A DNA stretch of 64,000 bases from an uncultured delta proteobacterium. Its GTDB lineage: Bacteria > Myxococcota > Myxococcia > Myxococcales > Myxococcaceae. This document shows positions 9,239-19,517 of this stretch, piece by piece. Both the position numbers and the translations under genes were made by a program. The stretch lies in contig CAVYSY010000052.1 of NCBI GenBank assembly GCA_963771175.1, positions 128,001-192,000 on the forward strand, written 5' to 3'. The notes beneath the pieces were generated by a model. The model did no database searches and was not told where the DNA came from. It saw only the letters and a program-made list of their open reading frames with translations. Numbering within the stretch: the first letter of the stretch is position 1; each line of letters opens with the position of its first letter.

Positions 9239-10300
9239 TCACCCGAGCCGCTCGGACTCCGCGATCAGCTCCCGCATCAACTCCGCCGCCGGACGACCAC
9301 GAGACAGCGCGGCGGCCTGACCCGACCAGAGCGCCATGAAGCGGGAGTCGCCCCGGGCCGCCGCGGCGCTTCGCAGCGCGGTCGTGGCCGCGTGCTGGAG
9401 CGGAAACGGAAGGAGCTCCTCCGAGTGCTCGAGTGCCTCCGTGAAGGCGTTGGCGAGGCCTCGGGCCGGACGGCCGGAGAAGGCTCGCGTCACCACCGTC
9501 ATGTCGTCCCGGGCCTCCCGGAGCGCGGCCTTGTAGGCGGGCGCGATGCCCGACTCGGGGCAGGTCAGGAAGGCCGTCCCGAGCTGCGCCCCGCTCGCCC
9601 CGAGCACGCGCGCGGCGGCGATTCCGCGCCCGTCCATGATGCCCCCGCTCGCCACCACCGGAAGGCTCACGGCGTCCACCACCTGGGGGACCAATGCCAG
9701 GGTGCCCACCATCGCCGCCTCGAAGGGGCCCGCGAAGGTGCCTCGGTGTCCGCCGGCCTCGCTGCCCTGCGTGACGATGATGTCGACCCCCGCGGCCTCC
9801 AGCAGCTTCGCCTCGTGCACGGTCGTGGCCGTCCCCGCGAGCAGCATCCCTCGCGCCTTCACCCGCGAGAGCACCTCGGGAGCCGGAATGCCGAAGGTGA
9901 AGCTGAAGACCCGGGCACCGCTCTCCAGGACGGCGTCGAGCTGCTCCTCGAAAGGAGGCATCGGGGAGACCGGCGGTCGAGGCGGTGGAAGCCCGAGCTC
10001 CTGGTGGTAGCGGGCCAGCACCGCCAGCATGCGGCTCGACTCGACCTCGGCGGGCGCTGGCAGGGGCGCGAAGAGGTTGATGGCGAAGGGTCGGTCGGTG
10101 AGCTCCCGCACCCGCCGCGAGTGCCGCACGATGTCCTCGGGCTTCAGGTAGGCGGCTCCGGTGGACCCCAGCCCGCCCGCGTTCGAGGCGGCGGCGACCA
10201 GTTCCGGTGTCGTGGCGCCGCCCGCCATCGGGGCCTGGATGATGGGGTGCTCGATTCCGAGCAGGGTCGAGAGGCGACGCCAGGCACTGTCAGCGGTCAT
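9239..10300 (-). CDS. Nitronate monooxygenase (2-nitropropane dioxygenase family)
   Basis: PIIQAPMAGG, QGSEAGGHRGTF, VASGGIMDGRG, GTAFL, TRAFSGRPARG. Confidence 0.92.
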   Translation of the reverse strand: MTADSAWRRLSTLLGIEHPIIQAPMAGGATTPELVAAASNAGGLGSTGAAYLKPEDIVRHSRRVRELTDRPFAINLFAPLPAPAEVESSRMLAVLARYHQELGLPPPRPPVSPMPPFEEQLDAVLESGARVFSFTFGIPAPEVLSRVKARGMLLAGTATTVHEAKLLEAAGVDIIVTQGSEAGGHRGTFAGPFEAAMVGTLALVPQVVDAVSLPVVASGGIMDGRGIAAARVLGASGAQLGTAFLTCPESGIAPAYKAALREARDDMTVVTRAFSGRPARGLANAFTEALEHSEELLPFPLQHAATTALRSAAAARGDSRFMALWSGQAAALSRGRPAAELMRELIAESERLG

Positions 10301-10315
10301 GGTTTCCTTGAGTCC

Positions 10316-11365
10316 TTACTTGAGTGAGGACAGCAACGCGCCCATCTCTCCCGGCGTGAGAATCTGACTCGCGGCTCCCAGCGCCCTCGCCGTGCCCGGC
10401 ATGCCGTCCACCACGCAGCTCGCACCATCCTGCGCCACCGTGAGCGCCCCCGCCCGGCGCATCGCCAGCAGGCCCCTCGCCCCGTCCTCCCCCATCCCCG
10501 TGAGCAGCAGCCCCACCGCCCGCGAGCCGTAGAAGCCCGCCACGCTCTCGAAGAGCGCGTCCACCGAGGGCACCGCCACGCCCCTCGACGGCTGCGTGCG
10601 CAGCCTGCCCCCGCTCACCACCAGGTCCCGGTCCGCCGGAGACACGTACACCACGCCCGGCGTCAGCCACTCCCCTCCCTCCGCCACCTCCGTCCGCTGC
10701 CCCGTCCCCGCCAGCCAGCGCGCGAAGCCCTGCTCGAAGCCCCGGACGATGTGCTGCGCCACCACCACCGGAAAGGGGGTCGGCGCCGGCAGCGCTCGCA
10801 GCAGGTCGTACACGAGCGGCGGCGCCCCCGTGGAGCCACCGATGGCCACCAGCGAGCAGGGCCTCGCCTCGGGCATCGCGGACACCGCCGGTGGCACCGG
10901 CCGCACCGCCGCCGTCCGCAGGGAGGGCCGCTTCCGGCCCACCACCCGCGCGTACGCCATCACCCGCACCGTGCGCAGCAGCCGCTCCCGGAACTCCTTC
11001 ACCCCCTCCACTCCCCCTCCCGTCGGCTTGGCCAGCACGTCCACCGCCCCCGCCTTCAGCGACTCGAAGGTCCTGTCCCTCCCCGGCGTGTCCAGCTGCG
11101 CGCTGAGCACCACGATGGGACAGGGCGCCGTGGCCATGATCTCCGCGATGGCGTCCACCCCGTCCATCCCCGGCAGCACCAGGTCCATCAACACCAGGTT
11201 CGGGTTCCACCTCCGCACCGCCGCCACCGCGTCGCGGCCATTGGACACCGCCGGCAACAGCTCGATGTCCGGCTCCCGGCGCAGAATCTGCTCGAGGAAG
11301 GCGACGACGGAACGCGAGTCCTCCACCAGCAACAGCTTCAACAGATCGGCCTCCCTCCCCGGCAC
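10316..11365 (-). CDS. cheB: Chemotaxis protein-glutamate methylesterase (REC + CheB)
   Basis: REC (LLVEDS, LMDLVLPGMDG, LAKP); catalytic Ser/His/Asp in GGSTGAP, QHI and LTGMGEDGA. Confidence 0.92.
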   Translation of the reverse strand: MPGREADLLKLLLVEDSRSVVAFLEQILRREPDIELLPAVSNGRDAVAAVRRWNPNLVLMDLVLPGMDGVDAIAEIMATAPCPIVVLSAQLDTPGRDRTFESLKAGAVDVLAKPTGGGVEGVKEFRERLLRTVRVMAYARVVGRKRPSLRTAAVRPVPPAVSAMPEARPCSLVAIGGSTGAPPLVYDLLRALPAPTPFPVVVAQHIVRGFEQGFARWLAGTGQRTEVAEGGEWLTPGVVYVSPADRDLVVSGGRLRTQPSRGVAVPSVDALFESVAGFYGSRAVGLLLTGMGEDGARGLLAMRRAGALTVAQDGASCVVDGMPGTARALGAASQILTPGEMGALLSSLK

Positions 11366-11518
11366 GCACGAGCCGCCTCTTTTATCACGACGTGAGAGCC
11401 CACCGAGGCCTCCGGCGAAGCCTCTTGCGAGCAGGGGGGGGTTTTCCGATATGTCCTCCCCTCGTCGGACGTTCTCGCGGCCGGGCGACGTCTGCCCTCA
11501 CCACTGGAGCCCGTTTCC

Positions 11519-12430
11519 TTGGCCCACCGACTTCTCGTCCTCCTCTGCCTGCTCCTGGCGCCCAGCCTGTCCTTTGCCCTGGAGCCGAAAAGCCTGCCCG
11601 GCTTCGACCTCCAACGACTGCAGCTCGAGACCTCCGGACTGGGCTCGCTCGTGGTGGGAACTGGCCGCACGCTGGACCCGGGAGACTTCCGGGTCTCCGT
11701 CGAAGCGCACTACGAGCACATGCCGCTCAACTTCACGCGCACGTGGGACCCGGTCATCACCGTCATGGGCATGGTGGAGGACAAGTTCACCACGCACGTC
11801 ACCGCCGCCGTCGGCGTGCTGTCCTGGCTGCAGGTGGGCGCGCAGGTGCCCTTCATCGTCGTCCAGCGGGGCCACTCCACCCGGGGCATCCTCCCTCCCG
11901 ATGGCCAGGGACTGGGCACCCCCTGGGTGTCGGTGCGCGCGGCCCCCTGGCAGATGAAGAACGGGGCGCCCCTCAACCTCGGCGTGGAGCTCGCCGCCGG
12001 ACTGCCCGTGGGCCGGGAGGACCTCCTCGGCCGGGACACGTACGCGGTGCACCCCAAGCTCCAGCTCGGCGTCCACGGCGACTCCTTCCAGGTGGGGGGC
12101 GAGGTGGGAGCCCTGCTGCGTCCCCGGCACGACCTGTCCCCCCTGACGGGGCGCGAGCAGGACGTGCTCGGCAACGAGCTGCGCCTGGGCTTCACCGTCA
12201 CCTCCCGCGGGAAGAACAAGACGTCCACCCGGCCCGAGGTGAGCCTGCTCATGGGAGTGCCGCTCCAGGGGGGCCGCCTCGGCTACGAGGTCCTCGTGGG
12301 CGTGCGCAAGCACGTGGTGAGCGGGCTGGACCTGTACTTCCTGGGCGGCCCCGGCCTGGGCACCTCCGTCGACATGCCCGTCGTCCGGGTGCTGGCGGGC
12401 GCTTCCTTCTCCACCAGCACGGCCGATTAG
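11519..12430 (+). CDS. Secreted outer-membrane beta-barrel-like protein (resembles the N-terminal barrel of myxobacterial OmpA-family proteins)
   Basis: Signal peptide ending SFA; FDLQRLQL..GLGSLVVGTG; C-terminal GGPGLG...PVVRVLAG; GGAG before TTG start. Confidence 0.65.
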   Translation: MAHRLLVLLCLLLAPSLSFALEPKSLPGFDLQRLQLETSGLGSLVVGTGRTLDPGDFRVSVEAHYEHMPLNFTRTWDPVITVMGMVEDKFTTHVTAAVGVLSWLQVGAQVPFIVVQRGHSTRGILPPDGQGLGTPWVSVRAAPWQMKNGAPLNLGVELAAGLPVGREDLLGRDTYAVHPKLQLGVHGDSFQVGGEVGALLRPRHDLSPLTGREQDVLGNELRLGFTVTSRGKNKTSTRPEVSLLMGVPLQGGRLGYEVLVGVRKHVVSGLDLYFLGGPGLGTSVDMPVVRVLAGASFSTSTAD

Positions 12431-12484
12431 TCGCTCCTCCCTCCGCCCGCCCATCGCCTCCCGGGGCCATGCCTACCTTGTCCC

Positions 12485-12709
12485 ATGGCCATGTCCCACC
12501 CCACCCTCGCGTCCATCCGCTCGGCGATGGAGCACCACCCCCACACGTTCCTCGACGCCGGGGAAATCTCCGTGGCCACCCACGCGCGCACTGTCACCCT
12601 GCGCGGCGTGGTTCACGCCCAGGAGCAGCGGGACATGGCCGAGCACGACGCCTGGTACGTCTTCGGCGTGGACAAGGTGGAGAACCACCTCACCGTCATC
12701 GCCCGGTGA
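12485..12709 (+). CDS. Single BON-domain protein
   Basis: ISV...VTLRGVV...AEHDAWYVFGVDKVENHLTV matches the BON pattern. Confidence 0.75.
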   Translation: MAMSHPTLASIRSAMEHHPHTFLDAGEISVATHARTVTLRGVVHAQEQRDMAEHDAWYVFGVDKVENHLTVIAR

Positions 12710-12819
12710 GCCTCCCGCGCCCACGGAGGTGATGGCCACTCGGAGTATTCAGGGGTTACAGTGCTCACTGGAGTAAAGTCCACGTGGGCCCTGGTGGCCC
12801 CTGCTCCAAAAAGGAAGAC

Positions 12820-13989
12820 ATGTCGATGAGCCGTCACCCCCTGCGCACCTGGATGCTGGCGGGCGCCCTCGCGGGCTCCCTGGGTCTGGCCTGTACCGAG
12901 CCCGAGGAGCCCTTCCCCAACGCCGCCGAGCTGGAGCAGCTCCAGAGCATGCACACCCCCACGCGCAAGCCCCCGGTGGACCCCACCAACAAGTACGGGG
13001 ACAACGCGCAGGCGGCGGTGCTGGGAGATCGGCTCTTCGACGACGAGAAGCTGTCGAGCTGCGGCACCATCTCGTGCAAGAGCTGCCATGACGGCCCCGG
13101 CCGGACGGTGAACACGCCGACGGCGTTGGGCTGCAACGGCAACCGCACCGGGCGCAACCCGCCCTCGGTGCTGAACTCGGGCTACAGCACCTGGTTCATG
13201 TGGGACGGGCGCGCGGACCGGTTGTGGAACCAGGCGCTGCTGCCGCTGCTGAGCCCCATCGAGATGGCCTCCACCCCCGCCATCCTGCGCGCCCGCCTCT
13301 CCGAGCTGTACGCCGCGGACTACCGTGCCCTCTTCGGCAAGCTGCCCTCGGAGGAGACCGACGAGCAGCTCCTGGCCAACTTCGGCAAGGTCATGGCCGC
13401 GTATCAGCGCACGCTCAACTTCAACGACGCGCCCTTCGACCAGGACGTCCAGCGCTTCATCCAGGCGGCCGAGGCGGGCACGGCGGAGGCGGACCCGGCC
13501 TACCTGGGCCTCAAGACGTTCATGCGCAAGGGCCAGTGCATCGCGTGCCACAAGGGCGCGATGCTCAGCGATGACCAGTTCCACAACATCGGCGTGAAGG
13601 ACCAGAGCAACAGCAGTCCCGGGGTGACGCTGGCGGCCGGCCCGCTGCTGAACTGGGTCTTCAACTCGGCGGGGCAGTACAGCGACGCGCGCACGGGCAT
13701 CGAGTCGAATCGGCTGCAGCGGCTGGGCAGCGACCTGGTGCAGAAGAGCGCCGAGCTGGAGGGCGCCTACAAGACGCCCACCCTGCGCAACGTGGAGCTG
13801 ACGGGGCCCTACATGCACACGGGCGAGGTCCAGACGCTCGAGGACGTCATCGAGCTCTACAACAAGGGCGGCGAGCCCGCGGGCAACTTCGCCGGCGTGG
13901 TGTCGCAGACCATCACGCCGCTGGACCTCACCGACGAGGAGAAGCAGGCGCTGCTGAAGCTCCTCAAGTCGATGACGGGGGTGCAGTAG
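12820..13989 (+). CDS. Di-heme cytochrome c peroxidase / MauG-family lipoprotein
   Basis: Lipobox GLAC; heme motifs CKSCH and CIACH; RNPPSV, FMWDGRA, YKTPTLRNV, PYMHTG. Confidence 0.9.
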   Translation: MSMSRHPLRTWMLAGALAGSLGLACTEPEEPFPNAAELEQLQSMHTPTRKPPVDPTNKYGDNAQAAVLGDRLFDDEKLSSCGTISCKSCHDGPGRTVNTPTALGCNGNRTGRNPPSVLNSGYSTWFMWDGRADRLWNQALLPLLSPIEMASTPAILRARLSELYAADYRALFGKLPSEETDEQLLANFGKVMAAYQRTLNFNDAPFDQDVQRFIQAAEAGTAEADPAYLGLKTFMRKGQCIACHKGAMLSDDQFHNIGVKDQSNSSPGVTLAAGPLLNWVFNSAGQYSDARTGIESNRLQRLGSDLVQKSAELEGAYKTPTLRNVELTGPYMHTGEVQTLEDVIELYNKGGEPAGNFAGVVSQTITPLDLTDEEKQALLKLLKSMTGVQ

Positions 13990-14545
13990 TCGCGGCGGAC
14001 CTCGGCGCCTGGATGAGCGGCCAGGCGCGCTTGAGGGTGACGGCGACGGAGGCGGCCACGGCCGCCTTCACGCAGTCCCCGGGGACGAAGGCGAGCGAGC
14101 CCAGCGCCGCCTTCGCCAAGGGCAGCTTCGCGGACACGGCGAGCCAGGGAATGCCCACGGCGTAGATGACGCCGATGCCCCCGAGCACGTTGATGGCGAA
14201 GGCCCACGGCACCGAGAGCCGGTGCCAGGCGCGCTCGGTGAGCCAGCCGATGACGAAGGCCGCGGGCAGGAAGCCCACGAAGAAGCCGCCCGTGGGCCCC
14301 GGGAGCACCGCGAGCCCGCCATTGCCTCCGGCGAGCAGCGGCAGCCCCGCGGCCACCAGCACCTGGAAGAGCAGCAGGGACAGGCCCGCCTTGCGCGCGC
14401 CGAGCGTGGAGCCGGCGAGCATCACCCCCAGCGTCTGCGCGGTGATGGGCACGGGGATGAAGGGCAGCAGCAGGGGCGGCATCAGCCCGAGCGCGGCCAC
14501 GAGGGCGGCGAACAGGGCGACATGGACGAGGTCGCGGGTCTTCAC
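13964..14545 (-). CDS. bioY: Biotin ECF transporter substrate component BioY
   Basis: PVPITAQTLGV, GLPLLAGG, GPTGGFFVGF, FVPGD. Confidence 0.92.
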   Translation of the reverse strand: MKTRDLVHVALFAALVAALGLMPPLLLPFIPVPITAQTLGVMLAGSTLGARKAGLSLLLFQVLVAAGLPLLAGGNGGLAVLPGPTGGFFVGFLPAAFVIGWLTERAWHRLSVPWAFAINVLGGIGVIYAVGIPWLAVSAKLPLAKAALGSLAFVPGDCVKAAVAASVAVTLKRAWPLIQAPRSAATTAPPSST

Positions 14546-15154
14546 GAGGGTTCCTCGGGGTCGAAGCAGCGCGCGTCGATGGCGTCGGCGAGCGCATCCG
14601 CGGTGCGGAGCGTCTTGACGAGCAGCGGGACGAGCACGGCGAAGGGGTCTCTATCGAGGCCGCGCACCCGCTGGGCCTCCTGGACTTCGCGCAGCCAGAG
14701 CGCGAGCAGGGGGATGAAGCGCAGCGTCAGCGAGAGCAGCAGGCCCAGGCGCGCGGGGCTCACGCCGAGGCGCCCGAGGGGGCGCAGGGCCCGCTGGAGG
14801 GACTCGAGCATGTCCGAGGCGCGCGTCGTCAGGGAGACGAGCGTGGCGAGCAGTAGCAGGACGGCGAGCCGCAGCACGGCCTCCAGCGCGGGCACCCAGC
14901 CGGCCAGCAGCGCGTGCAGGACGAACAGCGGGCCGAGCACGAAGGCGGAGAGGCGGAGGACGGGCAGCACCTCGCGCGGGCGCAGGCCGCGCGAGCCCGT
15001 AGAGGCCGAGCGTGGCCACCAGCGCGGCGGAGAGGACGGGCAGCGGGTGGAAGAGCAGCAGCCCCGTGCCGGCCCCGAGCAGGCCGAGCATCTTCGCGCC
15101 CGCGGGCACGGCGTGGACGGGCGAGTCGCGGTGGAGGTAGAGGCCGAGGCTCAC
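14542..15154 (-). CDS. bioN: ECF transmembrane component BioN/EcfT, frameshift near 14980
   Basis: N-terminal [13 protein letters not shown]-terminal LRFIP...AQRVRG...ADAIDAR; overlaps bioM and bioY by 4 nt each. Confidence 0.85.
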
Positions 15155-15825
15155 GCCATCATCCGCACGTAGGAGTCGAGGGCCACGGAGGGCACGTCAT
15201 CCAGGACGACGCGGCCCCCGTCGAAGACGAGCACACGGTCGAAGTCGCGCAGCAGCTCCAGGTCGTGCGAGACGACGATGGCCGTCTGGGGCATGTCGTG
15301 GATGGCCTGGGCGAGGCGGCGCTTGTTGCGCAGGTCCAGGAGCGTGGTGGGCTCGTCGAAGACGACGTAGCTCGGCTCCATGACGAGCACGGAGGAGAGC
15401 GCGAGGAGCTGCTTCTGGCCCCCGCTGAGCAGGTGGGCCGGGTGGTGGCGGAAGTCCTCCAGGCCGTAGCGGTGGAGGATGGCGGTGACGCGCTCGGAGA
15501 TGTCGGCCGGGCCGAGCCGGAGGTTCTTCAGCCCGAAGGCCACGTCCTCCTCCACGGTGGGGAGGACGATTTGATTGTCCGGGTTCTGGAAGACGAAGCC
15601 CACCTTGCGGCGGATGGCGCGGGCGTCCTTGCGCGTGTCGAGCCCGTCCACGAGCACCCGCCCCCGCTCGGGCACGAGCAGCCCATTGAGCAGGCGCGCG
15701 AAGGTGCTCTTCCCGGAGCCATTGCCGCCCACCACGGCCACGCGGCGCTCGGACAGGGTCAGGTCGAGCCCCTGGAGGACCGGGCGCTCGCCGAAGTGGT
15801 GGTGGACGTCGTGGAGTTGAATCAT
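15151..15825 (-). CDS. bioM: ECF ABC ATPase BioM/EcfA
   Basis: Walker [32 protein letters not shown]. Confidence 0.92.
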   Translation of the reverse strand: MIQLHDVHHHFGERPVLQGLDLTLSERRVAVVGGNGSGKSTFARLLNGLLVPERGRVLVDGLDTRKDARAIRRKVGFVFQNPDNQIVLPTVEEDVAFGLKNLRLGPADISERVTAILHRYGLEDFRHHPAHLLSGGQKQLLALSSVLVMEPSYVVFDEPTTLLDLRNKRRLAQAIHDMPQTAIVVSHDLELLRDFDRVLVFDGGRVVLDDVPSVALDSYVRMMA

Positions 15826-15886
15826 CGCTACCGCTACGGGCGGCGGACTGTACCCCTTTTTCGACGCGGGGGAGCGCCCCTCTCAC

Positions 15887-17217
15887 TCAGTGTACGGGCA
15901 CCGGCTCCTGCTCGGGCGAGCTGCCGGGCAGCGTCCGGGGTTGGAGACACGGAAGCCGGTTCGCGTGCAGCCCGGTGATGAGGCGCACATCCTGCCGCTT
16001 GGTGAAGTACGTGTAGGCCCAGTCGAGCAGCACCGCCACCTTGTTGCGGAAGCCAATCAAGAAGGTGATGTGGACGCCCAGCCACATCCACCACGCGGGC
16101 TTGCCCTTGAGGCGGTACCTGTCGAAGAGCACGCCCACCGCGGAGCCTCGGCCGATGACGGCGAAGGTGCCCCGGTCATGGTAGCGGAAGGGCTCCAGCG
16201 GCTGTCCCTTCAGCTGGCGGAGGAGGCTCTTCGCCCACGTACCGGCCCATCTGCATGGCCGCCGGGGCCACGCCCGGCACCGGCTTGCCGTCCTGCACGA
16301 GGGAGGCGAGGTCCCCGATCACGAAGACCTCCTCGTGACCGGGGACGGTCAGCGTGGGCTCCACCTTCACCCGCCCGCCTTGTCGAGCGGCACGCCGAGC
16401 GTCCGCGCCAGGGGAGAGGCGGCCACGCCCGCGCCCCAGAGCACGGTCCGCGCCTGGATGCGGGTGTCGCCCACGGTGACGCCCTCGTCGTCCACGGCGG
16501 TCACCATGGCCCCGGTGCGCACCTCCACGCCGAGCTTCTCCAGGTCGCTGGCGTGCCCGCTCCGAGAGTTCCTCGGGGTAGACGGTGAGGACGCGGGGCA
16601 GGCCCTCCAGGAGGAGGACGCGGGCCTGGGAGGTATCGATGCGGCGGAAGTCCCTGCGGCAGGGAGTGCCGGCTCATGTACGCGAGGGCGCCCGCCAGCT
16701 CCACGCCGGTGGGGCCGGCGCCGATGATGACGAAGGTGAGCCACTCGCGCTGGCGCTCGGGGTCCGGCTCGCGCTCGGCGGCCTCGAAGGCCAGCAGCAC
16801 GCGCCGCGGATGTCCAGCGCGTCATCGATGCGTCTTGAGGCCAGGGGCGAAGCGGCGCCCACTCCGGGTGGCCGAAGTACGAGTGCGTGGCGCCCGTGGC
16901 GAGCACCAGGGTGTCGTAGGGCATCTCGCCGCCATCGCAGACGAGCACCTTGCGCTCCAGCTCGACGGAGCTGCGCCTCGGCGAGCAGCACGGTGATGTT
17001 CGGGCGCGCAGGACCTGGCGGATGGGCGCGGCGATGTCCGCCGGGGCTGAGCGACGGCGGTGGCCACCTGATAGAGCAGCGGCTGGAACAGGTGGTGGTT
17101 GTAGCGGTCGATCACCGTCACATCCACGGGGGCGCCCTTCAGCTTGCGCGCGGCCTCGAGGCCCCCGAAGCCTCCGCCCACGATGACCACGTGATGCCTT
17201 CGCCGGGTGTCTTCCAT
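15887..17217 (-). pseudogene. ndh: Type II NADH dehydrogenase with several frameshifts (probably assembly errors)
   Basis: [53 protein letters not shown] and HITFLIGFRNK lie in different frames. Confidence 0.85.
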
Positions 17218-17379
17218 GCCGGGAAAGGTGGGCCGAGGGGCAACCCTCGACCAGCCGCCGGGAAGTGCACGGTCTCCTGGAGAACGCCGCCTGCTCGCTC
17301 GCCAACAGGGCCGGGAGCCAGGGACATGCTCGGGAGCCCGCTTCCGGTCGGCTCGGGCGGATAGCACCCGTGGGCCTCG

Positions 17380-17907
17380 TCATCGCCGTCGCGCGCGGAA
17401 GACCCAGACAGCCAACGCGTAGAACCCCGAAATGCCGAGCAGCAGGAACTTCACTCCGGCCACGAGCGCCGCGAACCGGAGCAGGGACTCGGGCGGCTGC
17501 TGGAACGAGTCGAGCGCGCGCCAGAGCGCGACATCTTCCAGTGCGTCGAGTACCGCCGCGACGAACGGGGCCATGGCGAGCCACGCCCCCAGCAACGCCC
17601 ACCTGTCGGGCGCGGCCCGTGCGGCCAACAGCACCAGTGCGGAGATGAGGAAGGGATAGGCCAGCAGATAGGGCACGTCGTACCGCAGTGAGCTCCGGGC
17701 CGCCTCCCTCCCCGCCTCACCCCAGGACGAGAACATCCGCATCGCGCGCTCGGTCGACCAGGCGAACTCGTAACAGACGATGTTGTAGGGCGTCAGCGCC
17801 CCGTCGATGGCCCACAGCTTCAGCGAGAGCGCGACCGTGAGGACTCCGGAGATGGCGACGATGACCCACAGGGTCCTCCGGCTCGGGATGCGCAAGAGTG
17901 CATTCAT
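17380..17907 (-). CDS. Hypothetical integral membrane protein
   Basis: About four hydrophobic segments; SLRYD..Y, D.LED and KF patterns. Confidence 0.7.
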   Translation of the reverse strand: MNALLRIPSRRTLWVIVAISGVLTVALSLKLWAIDGALTPYNIVCYEFAWSTERAMRMFSSWGEAGREAARSSLRYDVPYLLAYPFLISALVLLAARAAPDRWALLGAWLAMAPFVAAVLDALEDVALWRALDSFQQPPESLLRFAALVAGVKFLLLGISGFYALAVWVFRARRR

Positions 17908-17937
17908 GGAGGGGGACCTCCCGGGCGAACTTTTCAA

Positions 17938-17964
17938 AAACCTGTCCGACTGTCGGACAGGTTT
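17938..17964. repeat. 27-bp palindrome (REP-like), copy 2
   Basis: AAACCTGTCCGACTGTCGGACAGGTTT. Confidence 0.9.
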
Positions 17965-18000
17965 GCGCAGAACGCGACCGGGAGGTCGAGTCCCGCGCAG

Positions 18001-19417
18001 CTACCGCACCAGGTGGAACGCCGTCTGCCGCTGGTAGGCCCAGCGCACCTTCCGTCGCGCCGATGATCACGTCCTCCTCCTGCGCCGACGCGCACCGGCT
18101 GCCCGTCCCCACTCCGGCACCGGGGTCGTCGCCTGCAGCTCGATGGAGAACCACTGCGTTGCGGGATGACCCGGTCGTCGCCGTGGCCCGGCACGCCCGT
18201 CCTGGTGGTCCCACAGGCCGATCAGCGGCCCCGCCCCGTGCCCGTTCAGCCCGATCGGGTGCGAGTACACCGTGCCGTCGATGCCCTCGGCCTTCATGCG
18301 CGCCAGCGCGCCGCGCGCAGGATCTCGTTGCCCGTGCGCCCCGGGCGCAGCTCGCTCGACCACGATGTCCTGCAGCGCGGTTGCGATCGCGCGCAGCGCC
18401 GCCTTCAGCCCCGCCGGCACCGTCCGTCTCGCCCTCGCGCAGCACGTAGCCCATGTGCTGCGTGTCCGTGTTCAGCCGCAGCGCCGTGATGCCGAAGTCG
18501 CAGTGCAGCACGTCGCCGCGCTCGATGACCGGGTTCTCCCCGAGTCCGCCTCCGTGCTCGCCCCTGCCGCTGCACCTCCACGCGACGGCTGGAACCAGGT
18601 GCCGAGCCCGAGGTCGTTCACCCGCTGGCGCATCCACCACACCACGTCGCTCGGTGCGCGTCATGCCCGGCCGGTGATCACCTGGCTGGAGAAGGCCGTC
18701 TCGATGATGTCCCACGCCACCTGCGTCATGCTCCTCGAAGAAGCGCTCCTCGTCCGCGCACCCGCCACGCGATGAGGTCCACCGCCAGCCCCTCCGGCGC
18801 GGCTTCAAGCGCGACGTCCACTTGGGCCCCAGCGCCTCGCTCATCCCTCAGGTACTCGCCGGGCGAGAGGCCGTCCGCGAAGGCGAAGGTGCGCGACATG
18901 TCGATGGCGATGACCTCGGGCTGGCGCTCCTCGATCACCGTCCTTCAGCACCTGCCACTGCTCGGGGCCCCACAGCTCGGCCTGCGCGCGTCGACCGCCG
19001 CCCGCGTCCACCTGCGCGCTGCGCGCGCCGCGCCTGGTAACACGCCGCCCTGCGTGCCGCCGCCCAGCGCGAGCCGCTCCACGCCCTGCTCCGGGCCCGC
19101 GGTCGAAGAAGACGTAGATGGTGCGCCGGCGCGCGGCGAAGGTCGTGGGCGACACGAGCGACGTGAACACCGGGTCCTCGTTGTACTCGCGCATCGGCAC
19201 CACCCACATGTCGACGCCGTGCTGGCGCATCAGCGCCGGACAGCACCGTGTCCATGCGCTCGCGCAGCCAGCCCTGCTGCCGCTCGGCCTGCTCGCGCAG
19301 CGTGCCGAAGGGACGCTCGGGCACGGCCTCCGGTGCACGGGCGGCCGGAGACGTGGTGGCACAGGCGGACGTGAAGAGGAACAAGGGGACGAGGAGACGA
19401 ATCCGGGTGTTCTTCAT
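18001..19417 (-). pseudogene. M24 (Xaa-Pro aminopeptidase-like) metallopeptidase lipoprotein with many frameshifts
   Basis: Lipobox TSAC; MREYNEDPVF, GDVLHCDFGI, NTDTQHMGYVL, YSHPIGLNGHGAG, WFSIEL, EED and terminal FHLVR spread over several frames. Confidence 0.8.
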
Positions 19418-19517
19418 GGCCGCGCAGCTTCCCATCGCGGCTACGTGCTCACCAGGGATTGCTCGTGAAGCGACAGTGGATGAGCCGAAGCTCACTCGCG
19501 TCGGGGCTGCTCACGGT

